Positions 62,713 through 64,000 of a stretch of DNA of 64,000 nucleotides are shown piece after piece; position 1 is the stretch's first letter; every line of letters begins with the position of its first letter. Below the pieces are notes generated by a model. It had not been told where the DNA came from and made no database searches. It saw nothing but the letters and a program-made list of their open reading frames with translations. Both the position numbers and the translations under genes were made by a program. The stretch covers positions 34,991,709 through 35,055,708 of the forward strand of contig NC_069001.1 of NCBI RefSeq assembly GCF_001194135.2. Direction: 5' to 3'. Source of the DNA: Octopus bimaculoides (Eukaryota).

Positions 62713-62994
62713 AATAATAATAATAATAATAATGATAATAATAATAACGATGATGATGATAATGATAGCAGTAATGATAATACGAACCAATATACATTCA
62801 AGGATGTTCACATAACTTACACATTGAAATATAAATGTTAATATTAATATTATATTAAAATAACCATTAAGCAAATGTATAAAAAATAATGTTATTAACA
62901 TCATATTCAAAATTGATAGGCATTTCAGTACTGTTATTCATATTTTCTTGTATTTTGTATGCATATATTTAAATATTTATTAGATTTCAATGCA

Positions 62995-63037
<43 letters not shown>

Positions 63038-63199
63038 ATATGAATATATGTACTCATATATATATATTTATATATATAGATACATGCAATTAGAAAGTTA
63101 AAGATTTGGATAGAAATCTTGTAGAATGCTATGCAAAGCTCATCGACAGTTACTGGCTACCTGATGTCATCATACAGTGGAAATGCTACTGCTATTATC

Positions 63200-63609
63200 C
63201 TTTACTCTCTTTTACTCTCTTACTTGTCTCAATCATTTGACTGTGGCCATGCTGGAGCACCGCCTTTAGTCAAGCAAATCAACCCCAGGACTCATTCTAT
63301 GTAAGCCTAGTACTTATTCTATCAGTCTCTTTTGCCGAACCGCTAAGTTACAAGGACATAAACACACTAGCATCGGTTATCAAGCGATGTTGGGGGGAGA
63401 CACACATACACATACACACACATACATATATATATGCATATATACAACGGGCTTCTTTCAGTTTCGGTCTACCAAATCCACTCACAAGGCTTTGGTCGGC
63501 CTGAGGCTATAGTAGAAGACACTTGCCAAAGGTGCCACAGAGTGGGACTGAATCCGGAACCATGTGATTCGTAAGCAAGCTACTTACCACACAGCCACTC
63601 CTACGCCTA
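63200..63609 (-). mobile_element. SINE family B, full length, little decay
   Basis: Complete head (AGGCGTAGGAGTGGCTGTGTGGTAAG) through the 3' tail. Confidence 0.92.
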
Positions 63610-63726
63610 TTGAATATACATCAAGTGGATGAAACAGAGAATAACCAGCGAGAGAGAGAAATTATTGTTTGAGAACTATCAAGCTCAAACTTCTTTATGA
63701 AAATAGTTTGGGAACGATGGATATAT

Positions 63727-63960
63727 ATTCTTTTCTGTTCTAGGCACAAGGCCCGAAATTTTTGGGGAGGGAGTCCAGTCGATTAGATTGACCCCAGTAC
63801 ACAACTAATACTTAATTTATCGACCCCGAAAGAATGAAAGGCAAAGGTCAACCTCGGTGGAATTTTCACAAGGCCAGCAATTTTAGGGGAGGGGATAAGT
63901 CAATTGCATTGACCCCTCTCCCAGTATTCATCTGGTACTTATTTTATTGACCTCGAAAGA
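63727..63960 (-). mobile_element. Two tandem 5'-truncated SINE A copies
   Basis: CACAAGGCC..AAATTTT.GGGGAGGG..GACCCC twice. Confidence 0.8.
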
Positions 63961-64000
63961 AATATCAATTATAACAACTGTAATAATAATATTAATAGTA

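Overview
Eukaryotic, AT-rich, microsatellite-saturated non-coding DNA with about 18 N-gaps. The repeat landscape looks like an Octopus genome; this is inferred from remembered SINE/RTE families and the microsatellite load, not from a database search. I cannot support any intact host protein-coding exon. Nearly all listed ORFs are translations of microsatellites or N-gaps. Real protein similarity is limited to transposon fossils: RTE-clade LINE ends, a CR1-like RT fragment, a DD37D (maT) Tc1/mariner element with TIRs and TA TSD, a mariner MITE, and degenerate zinc fingers. The rest is several tRNA-derived SINE families (informal names A, B, D, F), an RTE-tail family (C), piggyBac-type and hAT-type MITEs with clean TSDs, and mini/microsatellites. 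The three most interesting signals are as follows. (1) A textbook recursive-splicing (ratchet-point) motif on the + strand at 50406/50407, with a downstream 74-nt stop-containing cryptic exon. (2) Two dispersed repeat families carrying minimal type-I hammerhead-ribozyme motifs; the two copies of one family differ in helix I sequence yet both pair, suggesting Penelope-like or retrozyme elements. (3) A pre-miRNA-like hairpin at 42789-42863. Boundaries of repeat copies are read by eye and are approximate (about +/-20 bp) unless a TIR/TSD is quoted.
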